The translations under genes were made by a program, and so were the position numbers. Positions 30,740-39,731 of a DNA stretch of 64,000 nucleotides are shown one piece after another. Positions within the stretch are counted from its first letter, which is position 1, and each line of letters opens with the position of its first letter. Source of the stretch: a virus (taxonomy: Duplodnaviria > Caudoviricetes). Below the pieces are notes generated by a model, which worked only from the letters and a program-made list of their open reading frames with translations, was not told the origin of the DNA and ran no database searches. The stretch spans positions 1 to 64,000 of IMG/VR virus record IMGVR_UViG_3300035497_000313; one strand, written 5' to 3'.

Positions 30740-31333
30740 TTACAAGATAATTTTTTTAATTTTTAAAGCACTTTTCTCAGGAGCTTCATTACCCCAACAA
30801 TCCCAACCAAATCTTGCATTTCTAGCATACATTTCAAGTTTATTTGTGTTCGGATATAAACGTTCTATTATTTCATAAGCTATTGTTGGCTTTTGTGAAT
30901 GACGTTTTACTTGTTCGGTAAATACACTATGTATCTTTCCTCTTTCCTCTTTTGCTACTGGAAGTAGATTGCCTTTATACATATACAATAAATATTCATG
31001 ACCAAATCTAATTGTAAACGCTGTCGGTATTCCTGTAACTTTATTCCAAACCATTCTTGCGTGAAGTTTATATCCTAATTCTTCAGCTATTTGTTGTGCT
31101 TCAAATAAGTACTTGTCTATCGTCCACAAAAATAATACACTATCTTTATTTGTTAGTTTTGTAGCTGTACTTAAATGCTTTTTAATGTCGTACAAAGAAG
31201 CTGTTTGATAGTCTAATTGCTTCCCACTACTATTCGGTCTTACAGACTTACTACCACCTTTTGATTGTTGCCAAGGTGGGTCTGCATATATAATGTCATA
31301 TTTATTTGTCGTAGTATAAATATCTATTTTCAT
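30740..31333 (-). CDS. MT-A70 family adenine methyltransferase
   Basis: IIYADPPW, LFLWT, VWNK, HSQKP, LEMYAR...GWDCWGNE. Confidence 0.9.
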   Translation of the reverse strand: MKIDIYTTTNKYDIIYADPPWQQSKGGSKSVRPNSSGKQLDYQTASLYDIKKHLSTATKLTNKDSVLFLWTIDKYLFEAQQIAEELGYKLHARMVWNKVTGIPTAFTIRFGHEYLLYMYKGNLLPVAKEERGKIHSVFTEQVKRHSQKPTIAYEIIERLYPNTNKLEMYARNARFGWDCWGNEAPEKSALKIKKIIL

Positions 31334-32085
31334 TTTATTATCTTCTTTATTTTTAATTTTCTACTATTAACACTTTCTTCTATTCTATTCTTAGCGATAT
31401 TAAAATAATTTTCGTCTAGTTCAATTCCAATAAAATTTCTTTTTGTATTTATACAAGCAACTCCAGTTGAACCTGAACCCATACAATTATCTAAAACTAA
31501 ATCGTCCTCATTCGTATAAGTTTTTATTAGATATTCAAGCAAAGCTACAGGTTTTTGTGTTGGATGGTATACCGTTCCTTCAGCTTCTGCTGTTTTACAA
31601 TAAATAATATCTGTCGGATAGCGTAACCCATCGCTTTTAATTCTAACAGGTTTAAAATCACCATAGCTACCACTTAATTGGTCCTTACGAGTTCCTTTAT
31701 CATAAGCTTCACCTAAAGTCATCTGCGGGTTATATGTGGGTTGATTTTTATAGAAAATACAAACATCCTCATGTTTTCTTAATGGTTGTTTTTTTGCATT
31801 TAAAAAATTAGTGGGCTTAGATTTTTCCCAAATCCATTTATATTTGTAATTATCTTCATTACTCAATATTAATTTTGCTGTAAATATCCCTGCGGAAGTT
31901 AAAGCAATAACGCCATTGGGTTTTATTATCCTTAGATATTCTGACCAAAGAGGTTGCAAGGGGATACAAGAATCCCAACCGTTTTGTGTTATTCCGTATG
32001 GTAAATCACAGAGTACCATATCAATAGACTTATCTGGAATTTCTTTCATCAATTGTAAACAATCACCGCATTTTAAATCTATCAT
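31330..32085 (-). CDS. N6-adenine/N4-cytosine DNA methyltransferase (beta class)
   Basis: CDLPYG, HPTQKP, VLDNCMGSGSTG, FIGIE. Confidence 0.92.
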   Translation of the reverse strand: MIDLKCGDCLQLMKEIPDKSIDMVLCDLPYGITQNGWDSCIPLQPLWSEYLRIIKPNGVIALTSAGIFTAKLILSNEDNYKYKWIWEKSKPTNFLNAKKQPLRKHEDVCIFYKNQPTYNPQMTLGEAYDKGTRKDQLSGSYGDFKPVRIKSDGLRYPTDIIYCKTAEAEGTVYHPTQKPVALLEYLIKTYTNEDDLVLDNCMGSGSTGVACINTKRNFIGIELDENYFNIAKNRIEESVNSRKLKIKKIIK

Positions 32086-32097
32086 TCATTACTCATC

Positions 32098-32826
32098 CTA
32101 TTTTTTAATTCTATCGCTTGCTAATTTAAAATATTCTTCGTTAAGTTCGATACCTATGAAATTCCTTTTAGTATTAACACAAGCAATTCCAGTAGTTCCA
32201 CTACCCATGCAATTATCGAGTACCAAGTCACCTTCGTTTGTGTATGTTCTTATCAACCACTCTAAACATTCAATTGATTTCTCTGTCGGATGAACAGCCA
32301 TTGATTGATGTGGTTTTTTAAATGTAATAATGCTCGTTGGATATTTTAATAATGGGTCTTTGTCATTTGTTTCAATAAGAGTAAATTGTTTATAATTTCT
32401 GTTCTTAACTTGCTTATTTAAAAACAAAGTTCCCTTGCTGTGTGATTTATTTCCTTGAGTAAATTGCGGATTATATGTGGGAAGTTTTTTATAAAATACA
32501 GCTATTTGCTCGTGTTGTCTTAATGGCATACGTTTTGCGTTTAGAAATCCGCTTGTTAATACTTTATCCCATATTAAGTCATATTTAAACATTTTTCTAT
32601 TACTGTTCACTAAGTCAACATAAAACAAACCTTGAGCAAATAGTACTATTGCTCCGTTATCTTTTATAATTCTATTGTATTGTTTCCAAAGTGTATCAAA
32701 TGGTAATTGTTTATCTATTTGATTCTGTGTAGCTCCATACGGCAAATCACAAAGTATCATATCAATTGATTTATCTTTTATGTCATTCATTAGTTCTAAA
32801 CAATTACCTTGTTTTAAATCTATCAT
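32098..32826 (-). CDS. N6-adenine/N4-cytosine DNA methyltransferase (beta class)
   Basis: CDLPYG, HPTEK, VLDNCMGSGTTG. Confidence 0.92.
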   Translation of the reverse strand: MIDLKQGNCLELMNDIKDKSIDMILCDLPYGATQNQIDKQLPFDTLWKQYNRIIKDNGAIVLFAQGLFYVDLVNSNRKMFKYDLIWDKVLTSGFLNAKRMPLRQHEQIAVFYKKLPTYNPQFTQGNKSHSKGTLFLNKQVKNRNYKQFTLIETNDKDPLLKYPTSIITFKKPHQSMAVHPTEKSIECLEWLIRTYTNEGDLVLDNCMGSGTTGIACVNTKRNFIGIELNEEYFKLASDRIKK

Positions 32827-33560
32827 TTGTTACTCACTATGCTTTTAATCTTTAATTTATTATTTGTTTTAACTGTGTTATTTTCAATTCTATTTTTAGC
32901 GGTTTCAAAATATGTTTTATCTATTTCAATTCCTATGAAATCTCTATTTAATCTTTTGCAAGCTACACCAGTTGTACCGCTTCCCATAAAGGGGTCAAGC
33001 ACTAAGTCGTTTTCGTTTGAACTATTACGAATATGTGCCAATACAAAATCTAATGGTTTTATAGTTGGGTGACCAAATAATTTATAATCATTATTTATCG
33101 GGCTATAATATGCTGTCTTAGCATCTTCATAATTTTGTGGATAGCATTTTCCAGAACCCTTACGAAAATATAAAAGATATTCGCAATCGGTTAAATACTT
33201 TCCGTGAAATGTTGGCAAAGCATTAACTTTATTCCAAAATAAAATATCAAAAGTACAATCGTGTTTATTTATAAAGAAATCAAAGTATGCGGGTATCTGT
33301 TTCTTATTACACCATATATATATGTTTGGTTCTTTCATTATACGCATACATTCATTACAAAATCTTTCTATATTATATCCGCTATTTACTATTGGTTTAA
33401 TTTTCTTTAATGAATCATGAAGTCCTAAACAAGTATTTACTGTTCCACCACCTCCTTCAAGTTCACAAGCATAAGGTGGGTCAGTATATATTAAATCAAT
33501 AGATTTATCCTCTATTGTTTTCATGAACTCAAAGCAATCGTCATTTATTAATTTTATCAT
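32823..33560 (-). CDS. N6-adenine/N4-cytosine DNA methyltransferase (beta class)
   Basis: TDPPY, HPTIKP, VLDPFMGSGTTG. Confidence 0.92.
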   Translation of the reverse strand: MIKLINDDCFEFMKTIEDKSIDLIYTDPPYACELEGGGGTVNTCLGLHDSLKKIKPIVNSGYNIERFCNECMRIMKEPNIYIWCNKKQIPAYFDFFINKHDCTFDILFWNKVNALPTFHGKYLTDCEYLLYFRKGSGKCYPQNYEDAKTAYYSPINNDYKLFGHPTIKPLDFVLAHIRNSSNENDLVLDPFMGSGTTGVACKRLNRDFIGIEIDKTYFETAKNRIENNTVKTNNKLKIKSIVSNK

Positions 33561-33574
33561 CTTATCTACCTTTA

Positions 33575-34519
33575 TTAAATATGTGCTTTTAATGCTGAAA
33601 ATTCTTCAAAACTTAAATCGTTTATATCTTTACCTAACGGAACATCTATATAACTTATTAGTGCGTAATCTTTCATATTTTTATGAAATTTAATTGCTCC
33701 GTTTTTTCCAGCATTATCACCGTCAAAAGCTAAAATATATCTTTGTATAGTTTTGTTTCTTTTTAAAATTTCATATTGATTTTCCGAACCAGTACCCATT
33801 AAAGCTACTGCTTTCTTTCCCCATTTCCATAAAGTTAAACAGTTAAAAAAGCTTTCTACTACATAAACTTCTTTATCATTTTCAGTTATCTTGTCTAATG
33901 CATATACAGGTTTTTCTACTTCTGACGGATAGTTAAACCACTTTCCTTTTGTACTCCTTCTTGCTACAAACACACAATTTCCAAATTCATCGTTTACAGG
34001 GAATGTTATACAATCTGTTTTTATATCATAACCAACGTCAAACTGCTCAACTACTTCAGGTGTTAAGCCACGTTTCCACATATATTCGTGATAATACCTA
34101 TAACTCTCTAATTCGTCATCTGTGACCGTTTTAACGGCTTTTACAGGCTTATTAAAGGCTAACTCAATGCTGTTGCTCTCTCCGATTTCAAACTTGCTTA
34201 GCACCCAATTTAAGCCGTATAAACCACCGTCCTGTCTGTCAAAGCAATAAGATACAAACTCATCAAAAGAACCAGCTTGACCGCAAGTAAAACAATGAAA
34301 ATCACCTTCTTCAAAATTCCCATTTTTGCTTAAAAATATTCCGCAACTAGGTTTTGATTCAAGTCCGTGTTTATGACAAGGACAAGTCACTTGAAGATTT
34401 TGACCACTGTGTTTAATATCTCTTAATTTATTTATTCCTTGTAACTCTAACTCATATTTCAATTCTTTTAAAATATCTGGTATGGGTGTTACTATTGTTT
34501 TATTTCCTAATCTCAACAT
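33575..34519 (-). CDS. DNA primase (CHC2 Zn finger plus TOPRIM)
   Basis: CPCH...PSC...FHCFTCG; VVES, LAFDGDNAG, KDIND. Confidence 0.88.
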   Translation of the reverse strand: MLRLGNKTIVTPIPDILKELKYELELQGINKLRDIKHSGQNLQVTCPCHKHGLESKPSCGIFLSKNGNFEEGDFHCFTCGQAGSFDEFVSYCFDRQDGGLYGLNWVLSKFEIGESNSIELAFNKPVKAVKTVTDDELESYRYYHEYMWKRGLTPEVVEQFDVGYDIKTDCITFPVNDEFGNCVFVARRSTKGKWFNYPSEVEKPVYALDKITENDKEVYVVESFFNCLTLWKWGKKAVALMGTGSENQYEILKRNKTIQRYILAFDGDNAGKNGAIKFHKNMKDYALISYIDVPLGKDINDLSFEEFSALKAHI

Positions 34520-34565
34520 ATCTAATAATATTATATGCTATTACTCGCATAATTTGAAATATTTT

Positions 34566-34757
34566 TTAAAATGAAATTTCGTGTCCGTAATTAGCATCAT
34601 TAAGTAAAACAAGTAATTCGTACCAATCTTTTCCGTTTAAGTAAATAGCTTCCTTAAAAATGTCATCAGTTGATGTTTCAACATCAAAGTCTTTTTTACT
34701 AGTGTCAATTGTTATTTGCTTCATTTCACCATATTGCGTAACAGTTTTAAATTTCAT
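34566..34757 (-). CDS. Hypothetical protein
   Basis: 63-aa ORF in operon. Confidence 0.5.
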   Translation of the reverse strand: MKFKTVTQYGEMKQITIDTSKKDFDVETSTDDIFKEAIYLNGKDWYELLVLLNDANYGHEISF

Positions 34758-34767
34758 GGTAATTTCC

Positions 34768-35022
34768 TCATTCTATTATGTAATTTACATTATGTTCGTT
34801 TTTTGTTATTTTAAAGCCACATTTACATAAGAAATTAGCAATAGTTGAACCAACTATTTTTGCTTGACCACATTCACAATATTTATTTAAAATTTTGTAT
34901 GTTATCCAATAGTCACTAATGGACAACTTCTTTTCAGTTAACTTTAAAAATCCTTCTTCGTCTGTTTCTTCCAATTCTTTAAGTGCCTCTAAGACAGCTT
35001 TTTTGTTTATTGCTTTCTCCAT
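34768..35022 (-). CDS. Hypothetical protein
   Basis: 84-aa ORF with SD. Confidence 0.55.
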   Translation of the reverse strand: MEKAINKKAVLEALKELEETDEEGFLKLTEKKLSISDYWITYKILNKYCECGQAKIVGSTIANFLCKCGFKITKNEHNVNYIIE

Positions 35023-35040
35023 TTTAAATATCCTCTAATA

Positions 35041-36243
35041 TTATTCTGCTGCTTTAAAATTATAAATAGGTTTAATTATCTTTTCAATTTCAACTGTATC
35101 TTTTATAAGTTCTATAATTTCTTGCGCTGGTTTATATGCCATAGGTGCTTCGTCTATTGTACTTTCATTTGCTGTTGTGGTATAAATACCATTCATAGAA
35201 TTTTGAAATTCTTCTACTGTTAATCTTTTTCTTGCTTGTGAACGTGACATAATTCTTCCAGCTCCGTGTGGTGCTGAATAGTTCCAATCTTCATTTCCTT
35301 TACCTATTCCTATAATAGAACCGTCTCTCATATTAAGTGGTATTAATACTTTTTGACCTTGTAAAGCACTTATGGCACCTTTTCTAATTATTCTTGTATC
35401 TACATCAATATAATTATGTAAAGTATGAAAATATTTATAATTTTTTAATTTATTCAGTCTTAATCCTACAAGTATTTTTTCTGCTATTGTTTCTCTATTT
35501 ATTGTAGCAAACTTTTGGCATATTCGCATATCATATAAATAATCTTCTAAACTTTCACCTTCTACATAACATAATTCATCTGGCATTTTAGGTTTTATTG
35601 AATCAAACTGTTTTAAAGCCTGTTCTATTTCTTGTTCTTTACCTTCTGATTTTAATTTATTTATTATGTCTAATCTTTCGTCTCTATGTCTATTTAAAGT
35701 ACGAATTGCCTTATGTTGATAAACTTCTGCTACTTGTTTTCCTAAGTTTCTACTTCCTGTATGTATAACTAAATACTTACAATCATCTTCGTCTATGTCT
35801 ACTTCAATAAAATGATTTCCACCACCTAATGTTCCTATCGAAGCTTCTAACCTATCTTTATTTTTTAGTTCTTCATAACATCTTAAATCACGTATGTTGA
35901 ATTTACTATCCTTATAATATTTATCTGACTTTTCACAAACTTCTCTACCACAAGGAATATTCTTCTTAATAATTTTATCTAACTTAGTTAAATCAATATC
36001 AACTTTTCCAAGAGGTACAGTTAGCATACCACAAGCAATATCTACACCTACAATATTAGGAATAACCTTATCAGTTAAATTTGCTGTAAACCCTATAACA
36101 CTTCCTTTACCTGTATGTACATCTGGCATAACCCTTATTTTACTATCTTCAAATACCTTAGTATCTACTACACTATGTAATTGATTTAGGGCTTCTTGTT
36201 CTATATTATCTGTAAATATTTTTACATTATTAAATTCTATCAC
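35041..36243 (-). CDS. rtcB: RtcB family RNA ligase
   Basis: MPDVH, VGVDIACGM, GTLGGGNHFIE, HTGSR, HNY, RKGA, HGAGR, DEAPMAYK. Confidence 0.95.
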   Translation of the reverse strand: MIEFNNVKIFTDNIEQEALNQLHSVVDTKVFEDSKIRVMPDVHTGKGSVIGFTANLTDKVIPNIVGVDIACGMLTVPLGKVDIDLTKLDKIIKKNIPCGREVCEKSDKYYKDSKFNIRDLRCYEELKNKDRLEASIGTLGGGNHFIEVDIDEDDCKYLVIHTGSRNLGKQVAEVYQHKAIRTLNRHRDERLDIINKLKSEGKEQEIEQALKQFDSIKPKMPDELCYVEGESLEDYLYDMRICQKFATINRETIAEKILVGLRLNKLKNYKYFHTLHNYIDVDTRIIRKGAISALQGQKVLIPLNMRDGSIIGIGKGNEDWNYSAPHGAGRIMSRSQARKRLTVEEFQNSMNGIYTTTANESTIDEAPMAYKPAQEIIELIKDTVEIEKIIKPIYNFKAAE

Positions 36244-36380
36244 GTTATTATCTTCCTTAAAAATTATTAAAATTTAATAAAAATATTTGTTAAAATAAAT
36301 TTATTTTAACTGGGTTAAACGCTAACCCTCTATTAGTTATTTGATTGAAATCAAAATTACTAAATTCTTTTCTTAAAATT
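36244..36380 (-). ncRNA. Putative TnpB right end / omegaRNA scaffold (limits approximate)
   Basis: Overlaps the tnpB 3' end as expected for omegaRNA; conserved in a second copy at ~52996-53115. Confidence 0.45.
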
Positions 36381-37477
36381 CCTATTGCTCCATTTACGTC
36401 AGCATTGATTAACTTTTTAATTGAAGATTGAAATAACCCTCTTTTTATTCTTTTTCCTAAATAAGTTTCGTGTTTACAAAGTTCTTCATTTGCTAAATGG
36501 TCTACTTTACTTGTATAACTTTCTTCTGTTATTATTACTTTAATTCCTACTAACTCTGCTTTGTATTGAATTTGTTGTATTAACTTTTCATAAGGAATTG
36601 ATACAAAGTTTTGATTATTTCTTTTACCTAAATTTACTTCTTGTTTCCAATCTTTATTGTTACCAATAACTATATTTCCAATTTTATTTTCAATACAGTA
36701 ATTTATAATGAATCTTGAAGTTTTATGTAAATAATCAGTTACTTTGTTGTTTCTTTTTAAAGTTAATTTATCGATACGATTAGAAGTTCCTTTATCTTTT
36801 ACAAATGACATTAATTCAGCTTTTCTTTTATTGAAATACTGATTAGTAGATTTAAGTGGTTTACCGTTTATAATGAAAGGTTTTAAACCTACATTATTGA
36901 AAGTTGTAACTAAATTACTTAAACCTAAGTCAATACTTAAATAATTTTCTGTATTAACATCTACTTGTTGAACTTCTTTTTCATATACAATCTCTACTAC
37001 ATAACAAGTTGCTTGGGGTATTATTCTTGTTTGTATTAAATTTTCTTGTGTTACTTTTGTTTTTATTGGTTGAATACAATTCTTAGCAAAATAAATATAA
37101 CCATTTTTAATCTTGCAATTTTGATTTGTAAAAATAACTATATTTCTACCGTTCTTAGCTTTATAATTAGGTAATTTTGGTCTTGCTTTAAATTTACTTT
37201 TATTTTTATTGTATTCTTTATTTGCTTTAAAAAATGACTTCCAATTTTTAAATAAAAGTTTAATTACTTGTTGAGAACATTGAACTGGTAAACTTCTAAA
37301 ATCAATTTGATTTTCTTTAGCTAATTGAGTTGAAATATCATACTCATTTAACATTTTTCCATTTGAAATAAATTCTTGACGAACTAAATAATTTACATAA
37401 TTATATAAATTTTTAGATTTAAAACATAAATCATCAATTTGTTTATTAACAATTATATGTCTTTCAACTAGGTTCAT
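36290..37477 (-). CDS. tnpB: TnpB-family RNA-guided endonuclease (IS200/IS605/IS607 OrfB); no tnpA present
   Basis: SKNLYN, RuvC motifs SIDLG, EESYTSK, NADVNGA; all three catalytic acidic residues present. Confidence 0.92.
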   Translation of the reverse strand: MNLVERHIIVNKQIDDLCFKSKNLYNYVNYLVRQEFISNGKMLNEYDISTQLAKENQIDFRSLPVQCSQQVIKLLFKNWKSFFKANKEYNKNKSKFKARPKLPNYKAKNGRNIVIFTNQNCKIKNGYIYFAKNCIQPIKTKVTQENLIQTRIIPQATCYVVEIVYEKEVQQVDVNTENYLSIDLGLSNLVTTFNNVGLKPFIINGKPLKSTNQYFNKRKAELMSFVKDKGTSNRIDKLTLKRNNKVTDYLHKTSRFIINYCIENKIGNIVIGNNKDWKQEVNLGKRNNQNFVSIPYEKLIQQIQYKAELVGIKVIITEESYTSKVDHLANEELCKHETYLGKRIKRGLFQSSIKKLINADVNGAIGILRKEFSNFDFNQITNRGLAFNPVKINLF

Positions 37478-37511
37478 TTAAACTTATCTCCAAAATATTT
37501 TTAATTTAATA

Positions 37512-37607
37512 TAACAAAAACTCTATGCCTACTTTGTGATGCGAGCACATTTCAGCATAGAGTGTTGTTAGCATAATATTGTAAGTTTGTAAACAATCAT
37601 CTCGCAT
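37512..37607 (-). promoter_or_regulatory. Structured leader (terminator-like stem with alternative pairing) upstream of tnpB
   Basis: Stem 37512-37528/37555-37570 with a U-rich 3' arm; loop ATGCGAG (37539-45) complementary to CTCGCAT (37601-07). Confidence 0.45.
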
Positions 37608-37626
37608 ATAACTATTTACTAAATAT

Positions 37627-37655
37627 AGTATAACATACTAATTTACATTTGTAAA
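37627..37655 (-). promoter_or_regulatory. Promoter variant TTTACA-N17-TATACT driving tnpB-rtcB
   Basis: Same spacing and extended -10 as the other early-type promoters. Confidence 0.65.
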
Positions 37656-37746
37656 GCGTTTTACAAAAGAAAAATAGGTATTTATTAGAAAATTTTTCCG
37701 TCTTCCTCTAAATACCTATTCACTCTTATATTAGCTAATTGAGTTC

Positions 37747-38070
37747 TTAATAAGTTGTTTTCTTAGCCATTTCTAGTTTAACTTTCACTTTGGATTCACA
37801 ATCTGCTACATTTTCTTTTATAAAATCATACAGTATTGAAATATCCTCTTTAGTATCTTCTTTTTTGTTATATACAGATACTAATATTGCCATATCTTCT
37901 GATAAAGCATCTGCGTGTTCTACTTCTTGAGTGGCTAATTTTACATAAGTTTTATAAAGGTGTTCGTGTTCTATATCGTCTTTATATTTTATTGCACACA
38001 TAGAATACTCGTCAGATTTTTCTAACTCATCCTTTATTTGCTTATAAATACATTTAAGCATTTTAACCAT
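37747..38070 (-). CDS. Ferritin-like four-helix protein
   Basis: DELE...Y..CA...LATQEVEHA (ExxH). Confidence 0.55.
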   Translation of the reverse strand: MVKMLKCIYKQIKDELEKSDEYSMCAIKYKDDIEHEHLYKTYVKLATQEVEHADALSEDMAILVSVYNKKEDTKEDISILYDFIKENVADCESKVKVKLEMAKKTTY

Positions 38071-38087
38071 TGTTTTAGTTCTCCTTA

Positions 38088-38402
38088 TTATTTTTTAGAC
38101 ATATCATACCGATATTTAAGTCTAGTATATTCTTGTACATATTCTGCGTGTTCTACTGCCCATATTTTCATCATATACTCTGGAGGTTGACCAACTTTAG
38201 CTCTATACTTTTCAATAATTTTAACAACTAAATTATGTAATGATTCACACATTTCAAATTTTTGTCCTATTATTTTTGAGTATACAGCTATAACATCTTC
38301 GTCATTGTCACCAGCCTTTTCCTCTTCCATACAATCTAAATATGTATCAATAGATTTTAGAAGTTTGTCATACTGTTTTACGATTTTGCTAATTTTTAAC
38401 AT
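38088..38402 (-). CDS. Helical protein, degenerate paralog of 37747..38070
   Basis: Similar length and pattern (Y..C...LH...PPEYM..IW..EH). Confidence 0.5.
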   Translation of the reverse strand: MLKISKIVKQYDKLLKSIDTYLDCMEEEKAGDNDEDVIAVYSKIIGQKFEMCESLHNLVVKIIEKYRAKVGQPPEYMMKIWAVEHAEYVQEYTRLKYRYDMSKK

Positions 38403-38416
38403 TTTTTATACCTCTA

Positions 38417-38584
38417 CTATTTATCAAGTTTATTATCAATAGATTTTAATTTCTCGTCTTCTATTAGACTTAGAATTGTTTGGTTATATACTAAGTCATC
38501 AAGTTGTCTTCTTAAACTGTAATTCTGTATTATTCCAGCAGATACAAGTATATATAAAATACCTAAACCACCTTCTAAAAACAT
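38417..38584 (-). CDS. 55-aa membrane/coiled-coil peptide (not in track)
   Basis: MFLEGGLGILYILVSAGIIQNYSL...IDNKLDK*; GAGG SD; fills the operon gap. Confidence 0.55.
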   Translation of the reverse strand: MFLEGGLGILYILVSAGIIQNYSLRRQLDDLVYNQTILSLIEDEKLKSIDNKLDK

Positions 38585-38588
38585 AACA

Positions 38589-38927
38589 TTACACCTCTGT
38601 TACTATCTTTTTAACTGTGGTTTTTGTACTTGTCTTTTTAACAACAGCATCTACATTTGTTGTATCGGTATCTGTTGCTGTGTCTGTATCTTTCGGATTA
38701 ACAGTTAAATTTTCGGGAAAATAAAAATCTAATATAACATTAGTTGAAGTGCCTGAATTTACTACTTTTGGTTTTTCGTTGCAACCAATTTGATAAACTT
38801 TTCCAACTGCGACAGTTACCTGTTGGCATTGTGTTGGAGTAGGCAAAACTATATCTTGTCCACCCCAAGCATTTGTTACCACTGTCGGTTTATTTACAGT
38901 TGTTGAATAATTTACTTCACCAATCAT
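38589..38927 (-). CDS. Hypothetical protein (start corrected to MIGEVN)
   Basis: Start directly after the upstream stop with a GAGG SD. Confidence 0.55.
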   Translation of the reverse strand: MIGEVNYSTTVNKPTVVTNAWGGQDIVLPTPTQCQQVTVAVGKVYQIGCNEKPKVVNSGTSTNVILDFYFPENLTVNPKDTDTATDTDTTNVDAVVKKTSTKTTVKKIVTEV

Positions 38928-38928
38928 T

Positions 38929-39342
38929 TTATGCCTCTCTAACAATAGAAAGTTTAGCGTGATTAAATGTAAAGCCGACTCCAACTAATCTAACGGTAAA
39001 GGTATGAGTATTATAGCAACACGTAGGTACAATAACAGTTGTGCTAAAATGAAGATTTTCTGTACTGCCGACAGCAACTGTTACGGCATCCATAGCGCAA
39101 GGCATAGCTATACCGTCTTTAAACAGTTGTACAATTACAACACCAGCAGTTGTACCTACACCGAAACCATCGAAGTTAAAAGTGTATAAGCCAGTATTTT
39201 TTATTGTAGCACTACCAGAATTAATACTTATTGAACAACCTGTATTGTCACATACAGAAGGAAAACTAAGTTCACCACCTGTTATAACAGCTTGAGCATT
39301 GTTGTTATACATAGTTATTGAAGATTTATTACTATTTAACAT
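38929..39342 (-). CDS. BclA C-terminal/C1q-like beta-sandwich protein
   Basis: GCSI...TIKNTGLY.FNFD...VQLFKDGIAMPCA...NLHFSTTV. Confidence 0.5.
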   Translation of the reverse strand: MLNSNKSSITMYNNNAQAVITGGELSFPSVCDNTGCSISINSGSATIKNTGLYTFNFDGFGVGTTAGVVIVQLFKDGIAMPCAMDAVTVAVGSTENLHFSTTVIVPTCCYNTHTFTVRLVGVGFTFNHAKLSIVREA

Positions 39343-39375
39343 TTTTTTATTACTCCTTTAAAAAATTTATAAAAT

Positions 39376-39410
39376 ATAATGCTGTAAGCAATTACACTTA
39401 CAGCATTATT
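39376..39410. terminator. Intrinsic terminator/hairpin
   Basis: ataatgctgtaag...cttacagcattat. Confidence 0.55.
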
Positions 39411-39450
39411 TGTGCAGTGAATTGCACGGAGGTTATTTTGAATGATTTAA

Positions 39451-39731
39451 TTAAGCGTTACAGCCACAATTACCGTAAACACCGTTTAAAGTAGACGTGC
39501 CGTAATATGTTGCCATATAGGGGCTACAGCTAGGATAAGCAGGTACAGCTCTAGGAAGTAACGTGTCAACAAGTGAAGTTGTCTGTGCTTGATTCTGAGC
39601 AGTAAGTTGATATACTGTAAGCTGACGTTGCAATTCGTTATTGCTGTCACGTAAAGCTTGAATAGTATTGCCTTGAATAAGTGCACGAGTCTGCTCACCG
39701 TCATTGAGGATTGCAGTCTTCACATCGCAGC
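39451..39731 (-). CDS. Exon 2 of the intron-split Gly/Cys-rich membrane-anchored protein
   Basis: Joined to exon 1 it reads ...QAQLAQCCCDVKTAILNDGEQTRALI...; the spliced CDS is 699 nt (232 aa) and in frame. Confidence 0.9.

Noticed and set aside
30740-33560. Complete restriction-modification system
   Set aside because: No cognate restriction endonuclease recognisable nearby; these look like orphan MTases.
34768-35022. LEETD motif as a cargo tag in this small gene
   Set aside because: Context (LKELEETD) differs and the gene lies outside the cargo block; probably chance.
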